A stretch of 64,000 nt of DNA from an uncultured Lentisphaerales bacterium (GCA_943788985.1 CALSSJ010000012.1:171679-235678), one strand, 5' to 3'; positions 18,330-28,348 are shown, counted from the stretch's first letter. Program-made: numbers and translations. The notes: generated by a model from the letters alone, not told the origin.

Positions 18330-19865
18330 ATGTCCTCATCCAATCTTCTGGACCTACAATCTGAGTCGCCCAGCCGGCCCGCTCCGCGGCCGCGCATTCG
18401 TTGGTGGTCCCGAGTCCTCGTCCCAGCTATTCTTTTTCTTAGTGTCGCACTGCTGCTCATTGCCGCGACTTGGCAACACTTTGTACCTGCGCAAGCCGTC
18501 CGCGTCGAGACGGCGATTGCCAAGCAGGTCGGTGACCGCGCCCGGGCCAGTTCTGTGGTGCAGGCCGCGGGCTGGCTAGAGGCGTTTCCCTACCAGACGC
18601 ATATCACCGCCCTGGCCGATGGCGTTGCCAAGGAAATTTTCGTGCTCGAAGGCGACTCTGTAAAAGCCGGTCAAGCCGTCGCCCAGCTGGATCCCGCGGA
18701 CGCTGAGTTTGCTGTGCGTAAATCCCGGGCCGAACTCGCTGCTCGCAAGGCCTCGCTGCAGAAGGCCAGCGTCCGTTTAGAGGCTGCTCGCCAGACGTGG
18801 GAGCATCCCGTCGCTCTGGAACAAGCCAAGGCAAGCAGCGCCGCAAGTGTTCGCGAGCAGCAGTCGATGATTGCCGAGATGGAAGCGCGTATTGCCGAAC
18901 AGATCGCTGTCATGAATCAGGCAAAACGCGATGCGGAACGCGTTAAGGGCATGGTGGCAGACGACGTTGTGAGTGCGCAGAATGGCGAGCAAGCACAGGC
19001 AATATTCGCCGCAGAACGCGCCGGTTTGGATGCCTTGACGCGTAGCCTAGCGGCCGCCAACGACCGGGTCGAGCGCCTTGCTATTGACCACACAGCCGCG
19101 ACCGAAAACCTGGAGTTGCGCATCTTGGATCGCCAGGAAGTCGATGAAGCCAAAGCCGAACTTAGCCAAGCCGAGGCAGCCGTGGTCCTGGCCGAAGCGG
19201 AACTGGCCGATGCTGATCTCCAGCTCCGGCGGATGACGATTCTATCCCCAATCGACGGGGTCGTAGTCACCCGTCATAAATCCCCGGGGGACAAGGTGAT
19301 GCGCCACATGGACCACCCGCGTTCGGCGACCATAGTAAGTCTCTACGATCCCGCGCAGCTGCAGGTTCGCGTCGACGTGCCGCTGGCTGATGCCGGGCAG
19401 ATTGGCGTCGGCCAAGACTGTGAGATCACCACCGACGTGATGCCCAACCGCAGCTTCGCGGGCAAGGTCGTGCGCATTCTCCACGAGGCAGACATCCAGA
19501 AGAACACGCTCCAGGCCAAGGTCGCCATCGCCGAGCCCAGCCCGGAATTGCGCCCTGAAATGCTCTGCCGCATTCGCTTCCTCGCTCAGGCAGCGTCAGA
19601 GAACGAACCCGCGACGATCCACATCCGGACCTTCGTTCCCCAGCGCGCTATCGCCAATGGCCAGGTCTGGCTGGCCCAGATGACGACTGACCGCTTCGCC
19701 ACCGTGAACCCCGTTTCGGCCACGGGAGGCTTGGAGTTGGAGGGCTGGCGCGTCGTCGATGGCGTCCACGCCGGCGCCTTGGTTATCGTCGATCCCCCCT
19801 CCGATCTCGAAGCTGGGCAACGGGTTCGCGTCATTGACTCCTCTGGCATCACGAGGCAGCCATGA
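18330..19865 (+). CDS. HlyD-family membrane fusion protein (MacA-like periplasmic adaptor)
   Basis: N-terminal TM segment, long coiled-coil (AELAARKASLQKASVRLEAAR…) and a beta-barrel/MP domain. A ribosome-binding-site-like AACAGGAGAG run precedes the ATG at 18330. The last codons overlap the downstream ABC ATPase. Confidence 0.8.
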   Translation: MSSSNLLDLQSESPSRPAPRPRIRWWSRVLVPAILFLSVALLLIAATWQHFVPAQAVRVETAIAKQVGDRARASSVVQAAGWLEAFPYQTHITALADGVAKEIFVLEGDSVKAGQAVAQLDPADAEFAVRKSRAELAARKASLQKASVRLEAARQTWEHPVALEQAKASSAASVREQQSMIAEMEARIAEQIAVMNQAKRDAERVKGMVADDVVSAQNGEQAQAIFAAERAGLDALTRSLAAANDRVERLAIDHTAATENLELRILDRQEVDEAKAELSQAEAAVVLAEAELADADLQLRRMTILSPIDGVVVTRHKSPGDKVMRHMDHPRSATIVSLYDPAQLQVRVDVPLADAGQIGVGQDCEITTDVMPNRSFAGKVVRILHEADIQKNTLQAKVAIAEPSPELRPEMLCRIRFLAQAASENEPATIHIRTFVPQRAIANGQVWLAQMTTDRFATVNPVSATGGLELEGWRVVDGVHAGALVIVDPPSDLEAGQRVRVIDSSGITRQP

Positions 19866-20563
19866 GCTTCATACTCTGTCGCGACATTCGTCGTATCTAT
19901 CGCCGCGGTGACGCGGAGATCAAGCCACTAGACGGCCTCAGCCTCGACGTCCAAAAGGGCGAGTTTTTGGCCCTAATGGGGCCGAGCGGGAGCGGCAAGA
20001 CGACGCTGCTCAACCTCATCGCCGGGATCGACCAGCCCACCTCCGGGCAGCTGATCATCGACGGCAATGACATCTCCACGCTCTCTGCTGGCAAGCTGGC
20101 ACGCTGGCGCTCGTCCTACATCGGTTACGTGTTTCAACTCTACAACCTCATTCCCGTGCTGACCGCCTACGAAAATGTGGAAGTGCCGCTGCTGCTTCAG
20201 TCGCTCAGCAAGCGCGAACGCCACGAACGCGTCGCGGCTGCGCTGGACCTGACAAACATCGCCGACCGTCACGATCACTATCCTCGCCAGCTATCCGGCG
20301 GCCAGGAGCAGCGTGTGGCCATCGCTCGGGCGCTGGTCACGGATCCGCAGATCATCGTCGCCGACGAGCCGACCGGCGACCTGGATCGCGAGTCGGCCGC
20401 CGCCATCATGCAGTTGCTGCAGCGACTCAATCGCGAGCTGGGGCGGACGCTGATCATGGTGACGCATGACGAGAAGGCGACCCGCTTCGCCACCCGCACC
20501 CTGCATCTGGACAAGGGGCTGCTGGTGGAGTCAGCCGCCGGAGCCATGGCAGACGAGGACTAA
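19862..20563 (+). CDS. ABC transporter ATP-binding protein (MacB/LolD/FtsE-like)
   Basis: Walker A GPSGSGKTT, Q-loop, signature LSGGQEQRVAIARAL, Walker B IIVADEPTGDLD. Confidence 0.9.
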   Translation: MSFILCRDIRRIYRRGDAEIKPLDGLSLDVQKGEFLALMGPSGSGKTTLLNLIAGIDQPTSGQLIIDGNDISTLSAGKLARWRSSYIGYVFQLYNLIPVLTAYENVEVPLLLQSLSKRERHERVAAALDLTNIADRHDHYPRQLSGGQEQRVAIARALVTDPQIIVADEPTGDLDRESAAAIMQLLQRLNRELGRTLIMVTHDEKATRFATRTLHLDKGLLVESAAGAMADED

Positions 20564-20564
20564 G

Positions 20565-21713
20565 ATGTTAAAGCCCAGATACCTGCCATTTGTCGTCAAA
20601 CACATAACCCGACACCGCTGGCGCAGTGCCCTGACCGTGCTCGGAGTGGGCACCGCGATGTTTCTATTCTGCGGCGTCCGGGCAATGCACGAAGGCGTGC
20701 AAGAGGCGACCGTTTCCAGCGCCGGCGAAACCACCCTCGTGGTTTACCGCGAGAACCGCTTCTGCCCCTTCACCAGTAAGCTCCCGCAGGACTACGGCCG
20801 CCAAATCGCAAAGCTGCCAGGCGTCGATTCCGTGGTCCCGATGAAGATCATGGTCGGCAACTGCCGGGCATCGCTGGACGTCATCACCTTTCGCGGGGTA
20901 CCGCCGGCTGACTTCAACAGTGTTGCCGCTAACTTTCAGGTCGTCGATGGCTCGGTGGCCGAGTGGCGAAAGCGAAGCGACGCCGCCTTGATCGGTCTTC
21001 GCGCTGCGACTCGACGCGGATTGCGCGTGGGCGATCGACTCGAGATCGCGGGGATCACCATCACCATCGCCGGCATCGTCGAATCCGACCGGCCACAGGA
21101 TCAGGACTCGGCCTTTACCCATCTGGATTTTCTGCAGCGGAGTTCCGGCGCCGGGCTTGGCGAGGTCACTCAGTTCAATGTTAGTGTCAGCGACCCGCAG
21201 CAATTGGACGAGGTCGCCCGACGCATCGATGCGTTCTTCGCAACTGCCCAGGATCCGACGGCCACATGGAGTGAAAAAGCGTTCACGGCGCGCGCTGTGA
21301 CCGACATTATTGAGCTGGTGAGTTTTGCTGCCTGGCTCGGCTGGGGTGCACTTGTTGCGGTCTTCGCACTGGCCGCCAACGCCATCATCCTGAGCGTCCA
21401 AGAACGCGTGCGCGATCACGCCGTGCTACAGACCCTCGGTTTCGGAACCGGGCTTATCGCGCGGCTGATTGTCGTCGAGAGCGCGTTGCTGAGCCTGCTG
21501 GGTGGGGCGATCGGAATCGCGGCCGCCGCGGCCGTGTTGCATTGGGGGCGTTTTTCCCTGTCTGTCGAAGGCCAGAGCGTGCAGGCCAACACGAATCCAG
21601 AGACCATTGTCCTTGGCCTTGTCTACTGCCTGCTGCTGGGAATCGGCGCCGGGCTCTTTCCCGCCTGGCAGGCAAGCCGTCGCGACATCGTTACCTGTTT
21701 TCGGGCGGTATAA
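20565..21713 (+). CDS. ABC transporter permease (FtsX/MacB-type: N-terminal TM, periplasmic domain, C-terminal 3 TM)
   Basis: N-terminal TM, a ~200-aa periplasmic MacB_PCD-like region, and a C-terminal FtsX domain (…LGFGTGLIARLIVVESALLSLLGGAIGIAAA…). The ATG follows the ATPase stop by 2 nt. Confidence 0.8.
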   Translation: MLKPRYLPFVVKHITRHRWRSALTVLGVGTAMFLFCGVRAMHEGVQEATVSSAGETTLVVYRENRFCPFTSKLPQDYGRQIAKLPGVDSVVPMKIMVGNCRASLDVITFRGVPPADFNSVAANFQVVDGSVAEWRKRSDAALIGLRAATRRGLRVGDRLEIAGITITIAGIVESDRPQDQDSAFTHLDFLQRSSGAGLGEVTQFNVSVSDPQQLDEVARRIDAFFATAQDPTATWSEKAFTARAVTDIIELVSFAAWLGWGALVAVFALAANAIILSVQERVRDHAVLQTLGFGTGLIARLIVVESALLSLLGGAIGIAAAAAVLHWGRFSLSVEGQSVQANTNPETIVLGLVYCLLLGIGAGLFPAWQASRRDIVTCFRAV

Positions 21714-21714
21714 G

Positions 21715-22875
21715 GTGCGCATTCTCCCCTACGACTATGCCGTTCGCAACCTTGGCCGGGCACCCTTGCGCCTTGTGGCCACGGTCGGCGGCTGCACCAT
21801 GGTGGTGCTGATCATGATGGCTGCCACCGCCTTTGTGCAGGGCATGCGCCGATCGCTGACCCCCAACTTGCAGAGCCGCAATGTGCTCTTGCTCAGCGCC
21901 GGTAGCGAAGAAAGCCTTGAGCGCAGCCAGATTAGCGCGGCCATACCGGGCCACGTGCGGGCCTCAGTCACCGGCATCAAGCAGCGGCTTGGCGAGCCCT
22001 TCATCTCACCTGAGATCCATCTCGCGCTGATTGTTTCTCGACCGCAGCAAAGCGAAGAGCTACGGGCGATCGTTCGTGGTGTCGACACCGGCGCCTTTCT
22101 CGTCCATTCCCGCGTGCAGTTGACCGCTGGCCGCCCGCCGCAGCACGGGCACAACGAACTGCTCGTTGGCGCCCTCGCCGCGGAAAAGCTCAATATCCCG
22201 GAAGCCGACCTTGCCATCGGCAAGTCGCTCATCGTCGAGGGCAACCCTTGGACCATCGTGGGCCGATTTGCCGCGCCAGGGACGGTGATGGATGCGGAGA
22301 TTTGGACAAGCTACACCGATCTTCAGGTCGCCACGCAGCGCAACAGCCTGTCCTGTATCGTTATGACACTGGATGAGGCAGAGCTGGCCGACCTTGCCGC
22401 CTGGACCGCGGTGCGATTGGATTTGGAGCTTGTTGCCATGAGTGAAGGCGAGTATTACGCGTCCCTGCGGCAATTCTACGGACCGGTGCGCGCCATGATC
22501 TGGGTGACAGCTTTGCTGATGGCCCTGGCCGGTATTCTTGGCGGGCTCAACACGCTATTTGCAGCCTTTGCGGCGCGAACACGCGAGCTCGGCATGCTGC
22601 AAGCGCTCGGCTACTCGCGCGGTGCGATTCTGCTGAGCCTGCTGCAGGAGTCTATGCTGGCTGGAGCCGCAGGCGCCTTGATCGGAGCGCTCATTTCCTA
22701 CTTTTTATTGCATGGCAACGCTGTACGTTTTTCTATGGGCGTGTTTGAGTTGCAGGTCGACGCGGTCACAGTCTTTATCGGCATGCTCAGCGGTCTCGCG
22801 CTTGGCTTTATCGGCGCCCTGCCGCCAGCCTTTCGCTGTCTGCGGGAACCCATTCCCAGCGCCTTGCGCACCTGA
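21715..22875 (+). CDS. Second FtsX/MacB-type ABC permease (GTG start)
   Basis: Same architecture (…GMLQALGYSRGAILLSLLQESMLAGAAGALIGALISYF…). A GTG start lies 2 nt after the previous stop, preceded by taaGG. Confidence 0.7.
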   Translation: MRILPYDYAVRNLGRAPLRLVATVGGCTMVVLIMMAATAFVQGMRRSLTPNLQSRNVLLLSAGSEESLERSQISAAIPGHVRASVTGIKQRLGEPFISPEIHLALIVSRPQQSEELRAIVRGVDTGAFLVHSRVQLTAGRPPQHGHNELLVGALAAEKLNIPEADLAIGKSLIVEGNPWTIVGRFAAPGTVMDAEIWTSYTDLQVATQRNSLSCIVMTLDEAELADLAAWTAVRLDLELVAMSEGEYYASLRQFYGPVRAMIWVTALLMALAGILGGLNTLFAAFAARTRELGMLQALGYSRGAILLSLLQESMLAGAAGALIGALISYFLLHGNAVRFSMGVFELQVDAVTVFIGMLSGLALGFIGALPPAFRCLREPIPSALRT

Positions 22876-22911
22876 TTTTTCTTCACCCCAACCCCACCCA
22901 CAGAGATTCCC

Positions 22912-23421
22912 ATGATGAAAATTCGCCACCTCCTCGCCCTCGCAGTCCTCGCCGCCATTGTCACTGGCTGCGGCAAGAAAGAGTCAGCCGCGACACCTAT
23001 GCCTGCGGTCAGCCTGATCCCTGAGGCGCTCATTGTCAGCAGCATCGCAGGAACCGCAGTCACGCCAACGGCCGCCAAAATCACGGCCAAAGCCGGGGAC
23101 GCCATTGTGCTCACCGGGCACATCGCTGGCCGCGCCCAGCCCTTTGTTGCCGGTCGCGCCATCTTCACCTTGGTCGATACGAAATTGCCACAATGTACGG
23201 ATGGGTGCAGTGCCCCATGGGACCTCTGCTGCGAAGAAGCTGCGGATATCGCAGCCGCTGCCGCCACCGTCCAGGTCGTCGATGCCGAAGGCAACCCGCT
23301 AAAGCAGTCCTTAGAAGGTCCACTCAAGCCTGGCCAGACCATCGCCGTGTCCGGCAAAGTAAAGCAAAACGACGGCATAATCTTCGTCATCAGCGCCGAC
23401 CAGATCGCCGTGTTGAAGTAG
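22912..23421 (+). CDS. Cys-containing lipoprotein (lipobox VTGC; CTDGCSAPWDLCC motif)
   Basis: Signal peptide plus lipobox LAAIVTGCGKK. The Cys cluster C-x3-C-SAP-x4-CC resembles the C-x2-CC-SAP of the upstream Cys-rich ORF. Confidence 0.65.
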   Translation: MMKIRHLLALAVLAAIVTGCGKKESAATPMPAVSLIPEALIVSSIAGTAVTPTAAKITAKAGDAIVLTGHIAGRAQPFVAGRAIFTLVDTKLPQCTDGCSAPWDLCCEEAADIAAAAATVQVVDAEGNPLKQSLEGPLKPGQTIAVSGKVKQNDGIIFVISADQIAVLK

Positions 23422-23500
23422 TTTTCAGTAATCAGTGGACCGGGAATGAAGCTACCCGGAAGGGGGGATGTCGTATAGCCGGGGTTGTCGCTCCGTGTCA

Positions 23501-23553
23501 GCCATAGATAGGGCATGGCTTGGCAGCTGCCTTTTTAGTTTTTTTCCTTTTTT
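23501..23553 (+). terminator. Putative intrinsic terminator: two hairpins (gccat…atggc; ggcagctgcc) followed by a T-rich tract
   Basis: gccatagatagggcatggcttggcagctgcctttttagtttttttccttttttg lies about 80 nt after the lipoprotein stop. Confidence 0.4.
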
Positions 23554-23676
23554 GCAGAATAACGGGCGAAAACTAGACAGATAGAAAACCTGCTTCAGTG
23601 TCTGTTTTTTATGAATACGGAGCTGGCACCAACTGCTAGTTCCAATGATCCACAGAGTTTGCAATAGAATCCCCCG

Positions 23677-25488
23677 TTGGGCACGATGACAGATCCTACA
23701 GACGCACCGGCTGACTACCGATTTCAGGTCAATCTGAAGGACCTAATCGGGATCTTATCACACCATCTCTACTCTACCCACGACGTGTTTCTGCGTGAAC
23801 TCACGCAGAACTGCTGCGACGCCATCAGCGCCCGACGGCGCGTCGACGCAGAGTTCGAGCCTCTGATTGAATTCGAACTGCTCGAGGGAGGCGACACGCC
23901 GACGTTGCTGGTGGCGGACAATGGCTGCGGCCTAACCGCAGAGGAGATTCACGAGTTTCTGGCTACGATCGGAACCAGCAGCAAGCGGGAAGAAGCAGAT
24001 TTCATCACGACACGGGCAGACTTTATTGGCCAGTTTGGTATCGGTCTTCTGTCCACCTTCATGGTGTGTGACGAGATCGTGCTGCTGACGCGCTCGCACA
24101 AGAGCGAGCAAGCTTATGAGTGGCGTGGGCACAGTGATGGCACCTATACACTCACGGAAAGCGACGCCGATCTCACGGTCGGCACGCGCGTGTTTCTCCG
24201 TGCGTCTGCGGACTCCGCAGATTTGTTCACTGGCGATCAGATCCTAGAACGTTTACGCCACTATTGCAACTACCTGCCAACCCCCATCTTCCTCACCTGG
24301 GCTGACACACGGAAGCAAGTGAATGAGGTGGCGCCCTGGTCGCGTACATGCCCTGCTGCAGATAGCGAAGCGGCGGCTGTCAAGCTGGCACAGCGTTGCT
24401 TTGGCGAGGGGCAGATTCTCGATGTGTTTGCCATTGAAGGGGACTATGTCAGCGGCCACGCCTTCCTGATGCCCTTTCATATGATCGGCGGTGCCCGGCG
24501 TAACGCGGTATACATCCGCAATATGTTCATTGGCGCGAATCTAAATGACCTGATGCCTGATTGGGCCTGCCTGTTTGCGATCGTGCTTAACAGCGATCAC
24601 CTGACGCCCTCAGCATCCCGTGAGGCGCTCTACGGTGACGAGCACCTCGCCGCTGCCCGCGAGGAGATCGAGCGCGCACTCAACGTCTACCTGCGCCGGC
24701 TCGCCAGCGATCGCCCCGCGGTCTTGACCGAGTTGATTCTGCAATACGAGCCACTGCTAAAGAATCTGGCCGCTCAAAATGATCACTTCCTGCAGTGTAT
24801 CTTTGGCGTTCTTACTTTCGAGACCAGTCGCGGTCGCCTGCCATTGAGCGAGGTGCTGGCCGATCCCGGCGGGGCTTCCTTCGTCACGGACGTGGATGAG
24901 TTTCATAAGCTGGTGCCAATCGCCTCGGCCTCTGGCCACGTCGTGATCAACGCTGGCTACGCTTTCGAGCCCGTCCTGATGAGCAAGCTTCATCTCCTGC
25001 ATGGCCCCAAACTGCGCCCGATGGACAGCGCAGCGCTGCTCGCCTGCCTCAAGGAAGTGAACGATCCAGAAGCCGCCGAGTGGGCGGAAACGCACGACCT
25101 ACTCTCCCGCGTGCTGCGTATCTACGGCGTCCGCCCGCGTCTGGTGCGCTTTCAGCCAGACACCATCCCGATGCTCTATTTCCAGGGCGAGGCGCAACGG
25201 GAGGCACGGCGCATGCAGCACTTTGAGGAACAGGCGGATGACCTTTTCCAAAGCGTCCTGTCCGAATTGTCGCTTCCGCCAGATCCTAACGAACTGCTGG
25301 TGAACGTCGAGAATCCTCTAATTCAGAACCTGCAAGCCTGTGGTGACACGGGCTTTGCCGAATCGGTGGCCAAGCTGCTCTATGTCCAATCCCTACTGCT
25401 GGGGCGATATCCTCTAGGCCATCAGGAGTTGCTGCTTCTAAACGAGAACGTCGGTGCGTTGCTGCAGCGAACCTTGCTGGGAGACTGA
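23677..25488 (+). CDS. HSP90 family protein (HtpG paralogue, GHKL ATPase)
   Basis: Block-by-block similarity to HtpG: LYSTHDVFLRELTQNCCDAI (cf. LYSNKEIFLRELISNASDA), LLVADNGCGLTAEEI, IGQFGIGLLSTFMV. At 603 aa it retains middle and C-terminal domains. There is no MEEVD tail. Confidence 0.8.
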   Translation: MGTMTDPTDAPADYRFQVNLKDLIGILSHHLYSTHDVFLRELTQNCCDAISARRRVDAEFEPLIEFELLEGGDTPTLLVADNGCGLTAEEIHEFLATIGTSSKREEADFITTRADFIGQFGIGLLSTFMVCDEIVLLTRSHKSEQAYEWRGHSDGTYTLTESDADLTVGTRVFLRASADSADLFTGDQILERLRHYCNYLPTPIFLTWADTRKQVNEVAPWSRTCPAADSEAAAVKLAQRCFGEGQILDVFAIEGDYVSGHAFLMPFHMIGGARRNAVYIRNMFIGANLNDLMPDWACLFAIVLNSDHLTPSASREALYGDEHLAAAREEIERALNVYLRRLASDRPAVLTELILQYEPLLKNLAAQNDHFLQCIFGVLTFETSRGRLPLSEVLADPGGASFVTDVDEFHKLVPIASASGHVVINAGYAFEPVLMSKLHLLHGPKLRPMDSAALLACLKEVNDPEAAEWAETHDLLSRVLRIYGVRPRLVRFQPDTIPMLYFQGEAQREARRMQHFEEQADDLFQSVLSELSLPPDPNELLVNVENPLIQNLQACGDTGFAESVAKLLYVQSLLLGRYPLGHQELLLLNENVGALLQRTLLGD

Positions 25489-25492
25489 ACCA

Positions 25493-28348
25493 ATGAGAAG
25501 CTCTGTGGATTTCGAACTGGAGGCCGAGAGCCTGCCCGACGGGATTGAGAAGGGCCGCCTGCTGGAGCGCGCCGCGGAGCTCTCCGAGCTGGATGGCGAC
25601 ACCTCCCGGGCCTTCGCCCTGCGCTACGCTATGCTAAGGGCGCAATATGGCTGCGCCGCAGACGAAAAGGTAATTGGTATCTTTTCTTGGATGGCGCGCA
25701 CGATCGACCGCGAGCCCGAAGTTCGCGCCCAGTGGACAGACTCATTCATGTGGCTCTACAAGTGGGTTTTGAATTCCTGTCAGCGGTTGAGTGCTATCCC
25801 GCGAGGAAAAATAGAGGCACTGCATGGCGACTATGAGCGGCGCGTGAGGGCGCTCGGCTACAGCCTGTATAGCGTCTACCAGCAGCGTATGGACCTTGCC
25901 TGCTACTTCGGCGAGCTGGACCAAGCAGAGGACTACTGGCGCCAGATGCGAACGCACAGCCGCGATGATCACTGCGACTGTGAGGCATGCGTGCCGAGCA
26001 ATGTTTCCACCCTGCTCAGGAAGTTGGGACGTCACGACGAGGCATGGCACCAGTACGACCGCGTGATCTGCGGGGAGCTATCGTGCGACCAAGTCCCGAG
26101 CGTGTCCTGGCCGAGGCTGGCGGTGCTGGCCTTAAACGCTGGAGACGAATCGCACGCTGCACTTTACGCGAATGCTTGGTCTGAAACTCTCACCAGGGTC
26201 GAGATTACTTACACGCTTGAGGATTTGATTCACTATATGTGGCGCCGTGGGCTCTGGGGCGATTTCCGTCACTACCTGCGCGTGCACGCCAATCCTACGT
26301 TCTTTTCGGTCATGAACCAAGTACCGATCTGGCGGGAGTTGGATGCGGCGCTGGTTCGCTTTGCGCCGCACTTCGCCGAGACTGAATTTCTAGGCCCGAT
26401 GCGCATCACGGACTCCTTCACTGTGAGTACCTGGGCAGAGTTGGCTGCGAAGGCACACGCGACTGTCGCCGAGGAAGACACGCGCTTTGACCGACGCAAT
26501 CGTACGCCACACTTTTGCGAGCAGCATCAAGCCAGGCTCGAGCGGGCAGAATCACTGCAGAGCGAGCCAGTCCATTCGGAGTTGACCACGGCTGCCAGCA
26601 GCCGCGACAGCGTGGCGTCAGCGGAGGAAGATGTCCGCTCAGAAAGTTTTGCGGAGTTCGCACAACGGTTTCGTGATGAGATCGAGTCATGCTACGGGTG
26701 GGAAGACGAGCGCCAGGCCCTGGCTGGTCTTGATGCTTTGGCATTGCTCGAGATTGTCCGGGACGGAGAAGCGGATGCCCGCAGCTACGCGGCGCTGCGG
26801 GAGCTTGCCGAGCACTACGCCGACTCCGTTGAGTGCGTCGCCGCGACCGCCCATCAGATCTACAATGACTGGCGTCCGTTCATGGCGCGCGCGGTTCTGC
26901 ATTATCGGGAGGACGTAAAGGGGCTGGATATGCTGCTGCCGGAAGTCCTGCGCTGGCCTTCGGATCTCACAGACTACCTGTTGCGACGCCTAGTGGAGCT
27001 AACTGCGGGAGCGGCCCGGAGCCGCTACGTATTGCGCACAGCGGAGATTGCCGCCCAACGTTACGAGGATGAGCAGGCCCTGGCATTGGTCGAGCAAGTT
27101 GAGAAGGCCCCGCCCACTGCGCTAGAAGACCAGTTCGCCCTCGGGCAACTGCTCAATCATCTGGGCGCACCTGAGCGCGCGCTTGACCTGTGGCCCAGCA
27201 TTCTTGAGCAAACCAGCGGGGAGATGTACCGCGAGGCGCTATTGGGCTCTGCCTATACCTATCACCAGTTGCAGGACTACGCCGCTGCGGAGGACACCTA
27301 CCGGACATGCCTTGGCATGTTTGAAGAGCCCCCGGTGAATCTGCTGCTGGCGCTGACTGCTAGCATTCGGCAACAGGACCGCCCAGGCGACGCTTTGCCC
27401 TTCGCCAAGCGAGCGCTCGAGGCGTCCGATTGGGAAACAGGGGCGTTCCTCGAAATTGGTCATTGCCAGTTCGATCTTGCGGAGTTCGCAGAAGCTGCCA
27501 GAAACTATGCGGAGGTATACCAATTCGACGACTCCTTGGAGATTGCCGAACGCTATGCATTGGCATTGCGCTATGCGGAAGACTACGCTGAGGCGGCGAC
27601 CGTCTTTCGTACCTGTCTCACGATGGCAGAGGAGGAGGAAGAACCGATGGAGGCGTTTCAGTTCGGCCTGGCATTCTGCATGATCGCTGCCAGACCATCG
27701 CCCACTGGTCGCAGGATGATGCGCGAGCTTATCTTGGGGGAGGGAGAGTTTGCTGCCGATGCGTTCTCAGCGCTGAAAGAGGATGTCTGTGAGCGCGATG
27801 GTGTGGCCAGTTGGTCCCGTGTGGTCGCTCTTTTGCTGAAACGGATGCCGAACAGCACCAAGGTCATCACCGAGCGTGCATGGTGTCTGCACACAGCCGG
27901 CAAAATCCGCGATGCCCATACGCTCCTCGAGGCCCATCGCGATGATGACCAGTGCTTGGCTCAGCTGGCGATGCTGCAGACCGATCGGGACGCCGCGTTG
28001 GACTTGCTTCCGCTAGACCGCGTGGCCGGATCCCCGTGGTTGCTGTTCGTGCGCTGGGATCAGCTCGCTGCGCTCGAGCGCTGGGCTGAAGCCGAGCAGA
28101 CGCTTCACGAAGTCGCAGAATTGCTTGGCGAGGTGCCATCTGTCGCCATCCGTCGGGCGGACCAACACGTAGCCCAGGAGGAGTACGCCAAAGCCGATGC
28201 AATTCTAGACGAGCAGTTCGAGAGGCTACAAGACCTGCGCATCCTCGAGCGACGCCTTGTTACGCTCGAGGCCCTCGGCGATACCGAGCAACTTGCCGCG
28301 GTCCGCAACATCGTGGATGCGGCGAATCTGGAAGAACCGGCGGAATAG
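25493..28348 (+). CDS. Large (951-aa) all-alpha TPR-like repeat protein, translationally coupled to the HSP90 paralogue
   Basis: The ATG is 5 nt after the htpG-like stop. There are repeated amphipathic motifs 'YA(E/A)AA..YRTCL.M.EE', acidic stretches, and no enzymatic motif was recognised. Confidence 0.6.
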   Translation: MRSSVDFELEAESLPDGIEKGRLLERAAELSELDGDTSRAFALRYAMLRAQYGCAADEKVIGIFSWMARTIDREPEVRAQWTDSFMWLYKWVLNSCQRLSAIPRGKIEALHGDYERRVRALGYSLYSVYQQRMDLACYFGELDQAEDYWRQMRTHSRDDHCDCEACVPSNVSTLLRKLGRHDEAWHQYDRVICGELSCDQVPSVSWPRLAVLALNAGDESHAALYANAWSETLTRVEITYTLEDLIHYMWRRGLWGDFRHYLRVHANPTFFSVMNQVPIWRELDAALVRFAPHFAETEFLGPMRITDSFTVSTWAELAAKAHATVAEEDTRFDRRNRTPHFCEQHQARLERAESLQSEPVHSELTTAASSRDSVASAEEDVRSESFAEFAQRFRDEIESCYGWEDERQALAGLDALALLEIVRDGEADARSYAALRELAEHYADSVECVAATAHQIYNDWRPFMARAVLHYREDVKGLDMLLPEVLRWPSDLTDYLLRRLVELTAGAARSRYVLRTAEIAAQRYEDEQALALVEQVEKAPPTALEDQFALGQLLNHLGAPERALDLWPSILEQTSGEMYREALLGSAYTYHQLQDYAAAEDTYRTCLGMFEEPPVNLLLALTASIRQQDRPGDALPFAKRALEASDWETGAFLEIGHCQFDLAEFAEAARNYAEVYQFDDSLEIAERYALALRYAEDYAEAATVFRTCLTMAEEEEEPMEAFQFGLAFCMIAARPSPTGRRMMRELILGEGEFAADAFSALKEDVCERDGVASWSRVVALLLKRMPNSTKVITERAWCLHTAGKIRDAHTLLEAHRDDDQCLAQLAMLQTDRDAALDLLPLDRVAGSPWLLFVRWDQLAALERWAEAEQTLHEVAELLGEVPSVAIRRADQHVAQEEYAKADAILDEQFERLQDLRILERRLVTLEALGDTEQLAAVRNIVDAANLEEPAE

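Noticed and set aside
22698-23516. 272-aa minus-strand ORF
   Set aside because: Antisense to the permease 3' end and the lipoprotein gene. The lipoprotein has a signal peptide and lipobox and fits the operon.
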